A stretch of DNA of 63,331 nucleotides, counting the filler, from Trichomonas gallinae (Eukaryota): NCBI GenBank assembly GCA_008369845.1. It is 7 parts of 7 records of this genome, joined end to end, with 100 filler letters (N's around TTAATTAATTAA, not from the genome) between each part and the next. Parts side by side here need not be neighbours in the genome. Positions count along the whole stretch, not along the records: positions 6,335 to 18,784 come from MRSU01001213.1; positions 18,885 to 24,940 come from MRSU01001214.1; 5 more parts are not named here. The stretch is one strand, 5' to 3'. The position numbers and the translations under genes are program-made. A model generated the notes under the pieces. It worked only from the letters and a program-made list of their open reading frames with translations, was not told where the DNA came from and did not search any database. Within the stretch, counting starts at the first letter, position 1. Each line of letters starts with the position of its first letter. Below, piece by piece: positions 10,701-20,675 of this stretch.

Positions 10701-12035
10701 TCAAAATTTTAATTTAATATTAATATGTAAAGTTATCAATTTTAATTTCTCATCTAAAATAATGATTATATATAGATTATTATGTAATGTGAATAAACAT
10801 TTCTATCAATAATTCAGAGATCTCTTAATTTTTGTGAACCAAATTTAACAACGATAAACAAAATTTTGAGGCATTTAATACTGACGTTTTTTTTAAAAAA
10901 ATGCGGAATCTTGATAATTACCTAATAACACGTAACTTTAAATAAAATAAAATCGTTGCAACATTGAATATAAATCGGTATTCAATTTATAAATTTATTA
11001 TATAAATTAACACATCATGATGTGTTTTAGCTGAATATTCTATTTTGAGAACTCAACTCGATGATTTTTTCTGACACCCGATTACTGATTATGAGGTTTC
11101 GCAAATTACGCTACAAAAACGAGTGATATATCGATATATACAATGAACAAATAGCATTTCAAAAAATACAATGACTTTTGTTGATTTTTCAGTTACTCAA
11201 GCAATGGCTCTTGAGATATGTTATTTTTAAGGTGTATTGAATCTATTTTTACAATTTATTCGTATCAACTCAGCAAAATTAGCTGATGATCGCTTCACAA
11301 AAAAGCGTGTTCAGCCTAATTCACAATTGATCTGTGTTTAGATGCTTACACAGATCCTTTTGGTCATTATTATGCATGAATATCTTAAAGTATTGTTGCC
11401 CAAAATTGAAATCAATTTTTTTGGAGTCGTAGATTATAAAAATTGGTCAATGAACAGGTTGAAAATCATGAATAAATCTATAAAATTGATGCACTTTTTA
11501 TGATCGCGAATCCTAACCATAATGTGCAGTAATTTTCACAAGCGTTTAATAGATTTGCATGCTTAGATGTGTATGAATCTTATGGTGCATTTATTCATTC
11601 AATTTGAAAATTTGTAATTGATTTTTTATTTGATTTGAATATATAACAAAGATTAATGAGTTCGGTCATGTATAGAAGGCCAACTTTTCAAATGTAAGGA
11701 TATTCACAGTAAATACTCGCTTTTCCATTAAATCAAAAAATCTTGCTAATCAAATGGTTTTAACTAACATTACATAAATCTGAAATAAACATGAGATGAA
11801 TTTGTAGTGCAGTTTCCCCACCATTGAAAGCTAAAAATACAAAAATTAAGAATAAGAAATAAATTTTTCATTCTAAATTTCATATTTTTCATTTTCAGAA
11901 GTAAAATTAGGTATTTTGATGAATAAATCTTAAGTGAATCAGTCACCAAAATCAACCAAAAACCAAAAAAATCAACAAAAAAATTTTACATGGAAAATTT
12001 GTCACTTTTCGGAACCAAAAAGTGACAATTCCAGG

Positions 12036-13346
12036 ATGAATGATGAATATAAAGAACAAATTGAAAATGAACAAGTCATCCGAGAGAAGACAATAGAAAT
12101 CAATGAAGAAAAGGCAGATATTGCTTCATTGTTCGATGAATTAATTTATTCAAATATTGATAATCTCGAAAATTTACTAAATTGCATATGTGTATATACA
12201 ACAAACAATAATAAATTCAATATTGGTTATAATCAATCAGAAAAGATTCATATTCTTATTAAATTATTAAAAAATTCAGATTCTCCGATTTTTGAGCTTT
12301 CATTGATAGCATTAACGAATATTCTTCGAAATATGATAAATTATCAATTACCAATCGATATATTTCATAAACCAAAAATTATTCAAAAATTATTTCATGT
12401 ATTCATTAATTGCAAAAATCACGATGTAATACGTATAATATATGACTACATATGTCTTTTTAATCGTACTGCAATAGAAAATAGAGATTTAGTTATGAAT
12501 ATTTTTGATTTAGATCAAATTTTAACAAAATCAGAAGAATTTGATAATGATACATTAGTATATTTATACAAGTATTTCATTTCATTATTATATTTTCCAA
12601 TTAATGACAGATTTTTATTTTACTTCATTCGATTTGCATCAAGTGATATAATGTTTTTGAATTCATCAGCATTCTCAGCACTTATGGACCTAATTACTGA
12701 AATAAGCAAGCAGAACATTAATGTTGTTATAGAGAGCCCTGCTTTCATGCAGATAATGATGACAATGGAAGTTTATTCTAATGAACTTGCAGATAAAATC
12801 ATGAATTTCTTTGAGATAATATGCGAATCAAACTCTTTCTATTTCATTCCTCCAAGCATATTTATTAAATACTTGAGATCTGATGACCAAAATCAAAGAG
12901 CAGCGAACTTAATTTGCAGACTCCTTGAAAACAAAGAAGAAAACTTGCCAATCTTCATAGAATACGGAATCATTTCTGCTATATATGATGGACTCACTTG
13001 TGGAATTTATATAAAGAAATTTTCGAGCTTTAGAGTCTTACTTTCATGCTTGAAAATTCATCATGAAATGTTTCTGATAAATTTATTGACCAAATATGAT
13101 TTTACCCTGATTGATCTACTTATTGAAGCAGTCGACGATGATTCAAAGGCGCTGACAGAGATATGCTTGGAATGTTTGTTTATAATATTCTCATGTCCTC
13201 TTCCTGAAGAAATTTTTGAAAAATGCACAAATAGAATTTTGGCAAATGATGGTGTTGACCTGCTTGCAAACTTAGAATTAGACGAAATTAATGAACAAAT
13301 ATCATCGCAAATTAATAGTTTCCTATCACTGTTCCAAGAAAACTGA
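12036..13346 (+). CDS. ARM/HEAT-repeat protein (divergent importin-alpha-like family)
   Basis: All-helical pattern, ALTNIL, C-terminal NDGVDLLANL. First ATG at 12036, after GTCACTTTT. Similar in size and C-terminus to 27613-29019 and 30503-31963. Confidence 0.65.
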   Translation: MNDEYKEQIENEQVIREKTIEINEEKADIASLFDELIYSNIDNLENLLNCICVYTTNNNKFNIGYNQSEKIHILIKLLKNSDSPIFELSLIALTNILRNMINYQLPIDIFHKPKIIQKLFHVFINCKNHDVIRIIYDYICLFNRTAIENRDLVMNIFDLDQILTKSEEFDNDTLVYLYKYFISLLYFPINDRFLFYFIRFASSDIMFLNSSAFSALMDLITEISKQNINVVIESPAFMQIMMTMEVYSNELADKIMNFFEIICESNSFYFIPPSIFIKYLRSDDQNQRAANLICRLLENKEENLPIFIEYGIISAIYDGLTCGIYIKKFSSFRVLLSCLKIHHEMFLINLLTKYDFTLIDLLIEAVDDDSKALTEICLECLFIIFSCPLPEEIFEKCTNRILANDGVDLLANLELDEINEQISSQINSFLSLFQEN

Positions 13347-13619
13347 GCTCTAACAATAATAATTAATAATACATATGTATTGATCAAGTCATCATACGAA
13401 ACTGATTAATTGCCTTTATAATTTTCATCGATGAAAAATACTTCTAAAACTGTAAGAGCACCTATGATTGCGATATTAGATACAAATTTATTACTATGCA
13501 ATTCAGAGCTGTGAACGAACAATGGCTAATTAATTAAATCTAGTTCTAATCAAATATTGGATTTATATTATTGATGCCGCGTATAGTACTATGCATGGAT
13601 ATTAGCTCTAATTAAGTAA

Positions 13620-14095
13620 ACAAGCATTTCTTGGCATGTTGCTTCAACTTTGCATTCTCTTAAAGATGATTTAGAAATTTTCGATTTGCTAAACTTTCAA
13701 TTTTAACTCCACATCTAAGACTAGGGCAGGTAAGAAAAGCGTCAACTCCGATTTATTTTACATTCATAGGGATATTAATATCCATGCGAGACTCACACAT
13801 CCTTCGAAAGATTGTCATTGATGCACTGAACACTTCCAGAAGGAATGATCGAAACTAAATTCACGCAGCTAAGAAAAGCTCCATCATTGATGAAATTAGT
13901 CGTTCCTGGAAGCGAAAAATAAGTAATATCGGATGCTGGAGGGACCAAGATGAAGTATCTCAACTCGCTATCGAATAACGCTCCAGTGACAACTTTGAAA
14001 TTCGGATTTCGCGTTTCAATTGATTTGATGCGCAAACAATTTCTGAATGTTCCAATTCCTATTGATACTAATCGAGAGTTTTCGAAACAAAGCAT
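13620..14095 (-). pseudogene. BspA-like (TpLRR) pseudogene
   Basis: FENSRLVSIGIGTFRNC, LPGTTNFINDGAFLSCVNL. After frameshifts it continues as FEGCVSL and INIPMNVK*IGVDAFLTCPSLRCGVKIE, with in-frame stops. Confidence 0.8.
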
Positions 14096-14513
14096 TTAAC
14101 ATGCAATACTCCATTAATTGTTGCTGCATAAGAAAGTCTTTTTGATGCCATTATTTTATTGTTTAAACTTGATACAAACACTGAAGCCAAATAAATTAAT
14201 ATGTTGAAACTTTATTATTTAAAGCTGTAGATCCTGAAAAGTGAGTCTCAGAGCAGATCGAAACCATTCAATAATAAATAAAAATTGGATTAATCATTCA
14301 AAAAAAAAAAAAAATCGAAAATGGACAAACTCCATTATTCGCTGCTTAAATACAAAAATATCCACCAAAACTTTTCTCAAGAAATAGTAAATTATAAGAC
14401 TGCCTGTTTATAACGTAAATTAGTTTCAAATATATTTACAATAAATAATACATAAATTTTAACATAATTCTGCGCGATTCAGCACAGTATACAAGAAAAC
14501 TCAAACAAAGTGA

Positions 14514-16274
14514 TTAAGGAGGTGTTTGACATGGACATTTGGTTGTTATAAGCTGTTTGAAGAACTCGTCTAATTTTTGTTGATTTATATCAATACTTAA
14601 TTCAATTATTTGATCACTATTAATATATGTTGCTGCATTCTTATCCACGCAGTTCTTTAACTCTGGCATCCTTTCAGAAACATCTTTGATGATTTCTGCG
14701 ACTGGCTGAAAGCCTGGTTTAATATCTCCAACTGACTGTGATCTTTCCGGCATCCTCGATATAGGTGTTACAAAGTTGACGAGGTTATCTAACACGACAA
14801 TGTTATTCATCAATGTCAGCAAATCTTTGTTGTTTCTATCAACAGCCTTTTTAAATAATATCAACGCAGTGCTTTCTTGGTATAAATGAAGGCAGGCCTC
14901 AACGTCTTTTATCTTTGAGAATTTTGTTCTTAAATCTTTGTTCGTTAAACCAGGATCTATACCTCTTGCATAGAAAATCTTTTTATTCCAAGAACTTTCT
15001 ATACGAAGGGTCTTGAAATAATCAAAGCATCTGTTGAATGTTGATGAGCCAATAATTTCGTATCGTCGCTTTTGTTGTACGAGATTTTTCACTTCATCTA
15101 TTAAATCTTTCGTATTTTTAAAAGTTGCCACCAAAGTTCTTTTGTCACCATTCCTAACAGTTTCAATATTCACTGCCCGAGGATATTTTTCCCTAAAATA
15201 GAAATTTGGATAATTTGGATTATCAAAAGTAACTAAAGTAAGGTCTGGATCTGGTCTTCTTTGAGAAAATGCCCTTATAATAATTTCTGCGTTCATTTTT
15301 GGGAAAAGAAAAGTGTTTTCACGTGTGCATTTAATTTTAGCATTAGACGCTGATTGATAATCGGCATATAATATCAATGCAACAAACGATCCATTAATGA
15401 AAGCAACAGATAATGCATAAACATCACCCCATTCTTTGAATTTGTCCATTAATTTTTTTGCATCAAAATCAGGTTCTAATTCGTTTAATACTAATAGACC
15501 AGCTAATTTATGATAAAGAGTTCTTTCTAAAAACGGATAAACACCAACAGGAAGCTCTTGATCATGAAATCTAGTTCTGTTTAATACGTCAATTGCCCTG
15601 CGCGTGTTTTCCCTTGTGTCCATGAGGATACTAACAATGTAAACCTCATATTTCTGGATAATATCGATAAAAATAACTTTTCCAAATTCTTTAAATATAC
15701 TATAAATTTCTTCTTCTGAATATCTTCTATCGATGGAGTTTAAAAATATCAATCTATCTTCGAAACTTCTGGCGATCAAATGCGGCGAATCATCTTTTAA
15801 ATTGCAATAAGGCATTTTTTGGTATGCAACAGTATTAATGGCTATATTATTTCTGATTTTTATAATTAAAGCATCTATATCTATGTGTGTTTTGAATGTT
15901 ACGATAACTAATGGCGTGATACCTTTAGGTGTTTTTATTGGCACTAATTCGTTGAATTCTGGTATTGCTTTAAAGAAGTTTTGGTAATCTTTTAATTCAT
16001 TTTCTTTAACATTATAAATTGCGAGAATATCTGGCTTATTTGGATAATAAAAGAACACTGATGCATAAGATTGATTTGAAAGTGGTATGCTTCCGACATT
16101 TTGCTTGGCAGTACATGCGATTTCTGCGGTTGCAAATTCGATGATAAAGAATTTTTTGCATTTTTGTACTCTACTTATAGGGCCGTACGGTGAAAATTTA
16201 TTCCTTATTTGCTGTTCGGTTGTTTGCTTATCGAAACCTTCCACGCGCAACAGATTTGTGGGAGATTCGCCCAT
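14514..16274 (-). CDS. Multi-RRM RNA-binding protein
   Basis: At least four RRM-like units (LRVEGF..FSPYGPI..FFIIEF; IFLNSI..FKEFGKV; LNEL..FKEWGDV..ALILYAD; FYARGI..FSKI). Confidence 0.85.
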   Translation of the reverse strand: MGESPTNLLRVEGFDKQTTEQQIRNKFSPYGPISRVQKCKKFFIIEFATAEIACTAKQNVGSIPLSNQSYASVFFYYPNKPDILAIYNVKENELKDYQNFFKAIPEFNELVPIKTPKGITPLVIVTFKTHIDIDALIIKIRNNIAINTVAYQKMPYCNLKDDSPHLIARSFEDRLIFLNSIDRRYSEEEIYSIFKEFGKVIFIDIIQKYEVYIVSILMDTRENTRRAIDVLNRTRFHDQELPVGVYPFLERTLYHKLAGLLVLNELEPDFDAKKLMDKFKEWGDVYALSVAFINGSFVALILYADYQSASNAKIKCTRENTFLFPKMNAEIIIRAFSQRRPDPDLTLVTFDNPNYPNFYFREKYPRAVNIETVRNGDKRTLVATFKNTKDLIDEVKNLVQQKRRYEIIGSSTFNRCFDYFKTLRIESSWNKKIFYARGIDPGLTNKDLRTKFSKIKDVEACLHLYQESTALILFKKAVDRNNKDLLTLMNNIVVLDNLVNFVTPISRMPERSQSVGDIKPGFQPVAEIIKDVSERMPELKNCVDKNAATYINSDQIIELSIDINQQKLDEFFKQLITTKCPCQTPP

Positions 16275-17350
16275 TTTTGATTTTTAAAGAAAAAAATTCA
16301 ATTAAAATCATGACTGAATGACCTAAATCATGCAATAAACAGAAATAAATGAATTTTTAAAATCCTGTCGGAAAAGTGATGATCTGACATGTAAACATCT
16401 TCATGTCATTTTAGTAGAACATTTCTCATCCTTTTTACCTGTGACCTATTTTACTATTTTTTTCTATTTTGATGGAATCTTGATCATCTTTCAATACTAT
16501 AGATTATCTATGCACTTTGCATAAGATTAATGAACATGATAGTAGTTTCATTTACTAACAAATGATTGGGATAAAAACTTATAAAAGGCGATTTGAAAAA
16601 TTGAGCTTCATGAATTTTTTGCCAAAAAGTGAATCATTATGACATGTAAATCATACAAATATCTCCTAAATATGACAATCCATCATGTAAATTTAATTTT
16701 TTGTTTATACTTTAAGTTTAAAGTTAATAATCAGTAGCGATCTATATATATATCAATTTTCTCCCATTATCATCAGTTTAAAACTACCTGAGATTTCGTC
16801 TGGACTTCAAATATATCATATATTATCTTCTAAGCTATAAAGGATATTTTCACTAAAAATTTAGAATATAGAGTCTGAGTGAAAACGAATACTAGAAATC
16901 TGAATTTATTGAAAGTATAATTTTCAGGATAAGAAATTTAATCAGCAATAAAATTGTATTAGTTTAGACATTTATATAGTGCGAATATTAGTAGCTTTAT
17001 TGTCATGCAATAAAACATATCAAAAAAACTTGTTGTTGAAAATAAAATATCGATATCAAAAAATATCGATTAATTATGATATTATAATATAAGGATTTGC
17101 ATATATCTGTTGAGTACACTTAATTGTCAGCGATACAGAAGTATTTATTGCATATTTTCAAATTGTCCAAATATTAGGGGCTTAATCGAGATTCAACATC
17201 TTATTTGATGAACATTTATACAAAACTATCGAGTATCTACATATGAATATGCAAATAAATGAAAAAGATCAATCAATAAGAAAAAATTTCTATTTTAACA
17301 TAACAATAGTGAAACTTTATTAGTCTGATAATAGAGAATAAAAATTATTC

Positions 17351-18190
17351 TCAAGCTTTCATCTTTGAGCAGTATAATGAAACCATTAATCCAAAAACAA
17401 CAATTGGATCAAACTCGCGAGCGCAATCAGCTACAAGTGTTTTTTGATCGATCTTTCTAACAGCAATGAGCTCCTCACTGTGACGCTTTTCAGATACTGA
17501 TTGGAAAATGGTATTCTTTTCGCTAGCAATCACTTTCCTGTTGTTAAAGTCAAGCCACCATTTGCCGTCACGAAGAATTGGAAGTCTAGAAACCATTTCA
17601 GTTTTAACATTGCCTTGGTCATCAAGCAAGCCAACAAGCGTCTTACGGGGAGTGCGAGATAGTGAACACTCTGGTTTTAAGTCGAAAACCATGAGCGCCG
17701 CATTGTGTAATTTATTTTGTAAAACGAAATGAGTATTTTGTTGTGATGGTATTAGAGTGTACTGAGGTGTACCTGATGGCTGGCGATTCTCAAAGCAATA
17801 AACATCAATCGGCTTTGTCGGATAACGTCCTAATGCTTTGGCAGAAAATATGATTACACCATTTTTATATAATGAGTACGTAAATTCTTTGCCATGGATA
17901 GTGAAAGAAGAGGTTCTAGTGCAGTTATAGTCGCAAATTAATAAGCTTGGTGTAGAAGGAAGTCTGCAATCAGAGAGAGTCAATTGGCATGCATATTCTT
18001 CTGCAATTGGGCTTATATTTGCATCATACATGTTCTCAGTATCAGATGCAGACTGACGATGGCAATTCGTTGTTTTCTTTGGAGGAAGCGTTTGTCGATG
18101 GATATCTTTATAATGTGTCTTCCTTGGAAGAGGCGTCAGGCCGACTTTCTGGCTGTTCATGTTGACAGAAGTGTCGTCGTTCGACATCAT
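17351..18190 (-). CDS. Tubby C-terminal domain-like protein
   Basis: SRLP..DGKWWLDFNNRKVIASEKNTIF resembles the Tubby LNFxGRVTxASVKNFQ motif, followed by a terminal hydrophobic helix (PIVVFGLMVS). Confidence 0.7.
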   Translation of the reverse strand: MMSNDDTSVNMNSQKVGLTPLPRKTHYKDIHRQTLPPKKTTNCHRQSASDTENMYDANISPIAEEYACQLTLSDCRLPSTPSLLICDYNCTRTSSFTIHGKEFTYSLYKNGVIIFSAKALGRYPTKPIDVYCFENRQPSGTPQYTLIPSQQNTHFVLQNKLHNAALMVFDLKPECSLSRTPRKTLVGLLDDQGNVKTEMVSRLPILRDGKWWLDFNNRKVIASEKNTIFQSVSEKRHSEELIAVRKIDQKTLVADCAREFDPIVVFGLMVSLYCSKMKA

Positions 18191-18784
18191 CAGTTTGTTA
18201 TTTATTTTCTAACCCATTGAATGAAATGAAAAAGTTTAAATTAGACTATGTATTGCTGTGTACAGATATATTGCTTTTGTCTTGAATTGTGAACAAAAAA
18301 AATTACTTGGTTTTCTCGCTTATAATACGATGTATATTAATTGTTACGACATTCGAAAGATTTCATTTTTGTGAAGAAGCATTCAAAGTTTTGCGTAGCG
18401 ATTTCGGTTTATTTGAAAAATTTTCATTCATTTTTTGTAACTTAAGGAAAATAGAAATGCATGTCTAATGATTTGAGAATATTTTTATTGTAAAATTTTT
18501 TTTCTTGATACCGTAAATATATTGCATATCATCAATAAAATCAAATTATGATCCAAAAATATTCGTCATTTTACAAAAAGTGTCATTTTTAAACAACAAT
18601 CAGCCATTGAGGATTATTTTTTGTCGTTCGTAACTACAAACAATTATATATAATAAATCGATGATTAAATTAAAAATATCTGTTCGTTTTTTCACTGAAA
18701 TAATAGAAGTGTTTCAACTCGCTTTCTGACTTTGTGATGGGATTTGAGATCTCAAATTTATTAAGTATCATTTTTATGTCCATC

Positions 18785-18884
18785 NNNNNNNNNNNNNNNN
18801 NNNNNNNNNNNNNNNNNNNNNNNNNNNNTTAATTAATTAANNNNNNNNNNNNNNNNNNNNNNNNNNNNNNNNNNNNNNNNNNNN
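18785..18884. other. Artificial contig linker
   Basis: N44-TTAATTAATTAA-N44. Confidence 0.99.
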
Positions 18885-18889
18885 AAAAA
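18885..18889 (-). terminator. Pol III T-run terminator of the tRNA gene
   Basis: At least five T on the minus strand, 1 nt after the discriminator base; truncated by the linker. Confidence 0.7.
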
Positions 18890-18890
18890 G

Positions 18891-18964
18891 TGTTTCGGGC
18901 GGGGCTCGAACCCGCGACCATCTGCTTATAAGACAAATGTGCTAACCGGCTGCACCACCGAAAC
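18891..18964 (-). tRNA. tRNA-Ile(UAU), intronless
   Basis: Cloverleaf GTTTCGG TG GTGC AGCCGGTTA GCAC A TTTGT CT-TAT-AA GCAGA TGGTC GCGGG TTCGAGC CCCGC CCGAAAC A. Confidence 0.95.
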
Positions 18965-19238
18965 CTCTGGAAAACATGCACAGAATGACCTTATGAATAA
19001 AACAAAATACTTTTTCTTTCATATAAATGAGCCATAAATGGTTATACACCAAATATAACCACCAATGAAAATAAATTATTAAGTTCATTTCAAAAGATAT
19101 ATAACATTTATTATTGAACAAATATTATATTTAATACAAACAAGTTTCTATATGTAATTTGAATATCTCTGCGAGTATTATGAACCTCCAAATAATATAT
19201 CACGATTATAACAATATTGAATTAGGAAAGTTAATATA

Positions 19239-20138
19239 TTAGAACGTCATCATGTCATGATGAATTCTGATGAGCTTTTGGTATTCATTTTGTGCCATTT
19301 CGGTTGTTTCTTTCTTAATTACAATTTCTGGATCAATTTTACCAATATGTCTCGCGAATAGTTCCCGTTCATCCATTCCTTCTTCATCAATGATTGATCT
19401 TCTGTAGTCTGGCAGAACTTTAGTCAAAGCATTAATTGTTTCGACACCTTTAGTGTCAGACTTCACGAAATTAGGAAGTTCGAAGCCACCAACCCAATCC
19501 TGTCTGCTGAGTGACATTAACATTTGCTGTTCGTAGATATTCATTCGATATGTTACTGGCATCGCGTAATATTGCCTTCCAAGATTTCTAACGAGAGCCT
19601 TTGTCGTTGGCTTCTCCAAATGGCCGATAAATGATGTTGTTTCACGGCATTCTTCGCAATTTGTGTAAGCACTGTTAGACATGCATCTAAATGCTCCAAT
19701 AATGACTTTTCCTTTGACAGACATAATTGGATCGATGACTAAAGCGATCGAACGCGGGTTTGATTTTTCCCATTGCATTTGAGAGCTAACGTCGACGCCT
19801 GAGAGCCAAACACCAACACCAGGATGTGACTTGTACCATCCAATTACTTCCTCCGTGCGGGCAATTCTCTTGAGAAGCGCTGTCATCTGTGTACGATATG
19901 GATCATCAGTTGCATAAGAGCTTATTGATGTTTGTGGCATCGGGAAGCAGTCAACAACGCTAACAGTGTAGTCATCGATGAATCTTCCGACAAGTAGCCC
20001 GAAAACTTCGTTAGGAATTCCAGCTTGTGCGTTTTTTAGCATTTTTAACAACGCAATACCAGTAACTTGGACAGTTTCAGCCGTATCAAAGTGGCCTTGC
20101 TGTGTAGCTCCAGAATAATCATTTGGATCATCAGCCAT
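19239..20138 (-). CDS. Rpn11/PSMD14-like MPN (Mov34) protein with an altered JAMM motif
   Basis: DTAETVQVTGIALLKMLK..GIPNEVFGLLVG..VIGWYKSHPGVGVWLSGVD..VIDPIMSVKGKVIIGAFR..TSFIGHL is colinear with Rpn11. Confidence 0.9.
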   Translation of the reverse strand: MADDPNDYSGATQQGHFDTAETVQVTGIALLKMLKNAQAGIPNEVFGLLVGRFIDDYTVSVVDCFPMPQTSISSYATDDPYRTQMTALLKRIARTEEVIGWYKSHPGVGVWLSGVDVSSQMQWEKSNPRSIALVIDPIMSVKGKVIIGAFRCMSNSAYTNCEECRETTSFIGHLEKPTTKALVRNLGRQYYAMPVTYRMNIYEQQMLMSLSRQDWVGGFELPNFVKSDTKGVETINALTKVLPDYRRSIIDEEGMDERELFARHIGKIDPEIVIKKETTEMAQNEYQKLIRIHHDMMTF

Positions 20139-20166
20139 TTTTATTTCTTGTTGCTAATATGTTCGT

Positions 20167-20215
20167 AAAAGTGACATCCAATATTTTTCAAAAGTGACAA
20201 TTAATAAAAGTGACA
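20167..20215 (-). promoter_or_regulatory. Three TGTCACTTTT copies (Inr-containing / AAAGTGAC motif) upstream of the Rpn11-like gene
   Basis: AAAAGTGACA at 20167, 20190 and 20206, about 30-80 nt upstream of the ATG. The same motif precedes ELP3 and three other genes. Confidence 0.6.
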
Positions 20216-20675
20216 AAATTGTCTAAAATGATGCTGATTTTTTCTCTTCGCTGAATAGTTTGATTTGCGCAATGATTTCACTTTACAAGTTGCTATGGTT
20301 ATAGTATTGGATGTAAATAATGCTATGGATTATGTTTGGCTTGTTTTCTATTGCTGGAACCTATATTGTAATTAATTCTTTTTGATCATCTTTTTTTTGC
20401 ATTTTTTCATGAAAATATATGAATTGTATTTTATTATGCAATCGTTCCTTTAGTTCATAATTCTCTAATTTCTCGAATTATTATGTTAGAATATGCATTA
20501 ATTTATATTCAAATTTTTATTTTTCAAATTGAAGCATTTTAATGTTATTAATATTATGAGTAACAAATATATTGCTTGTGTATAGCTTCTTATTGTGATA
20601 TTTTTGGAAAAAGAAAAATATATTTTTGGATAATAACAATATATACAACATTTATTACTCTAAACAATAACATGA

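Noticed and set aside
11171..11503. Long frame with only two internal stops, possibly a transposase remnant
   Set aside because: No recognisable DDE or other motif, so it cannot be assigned by eye.
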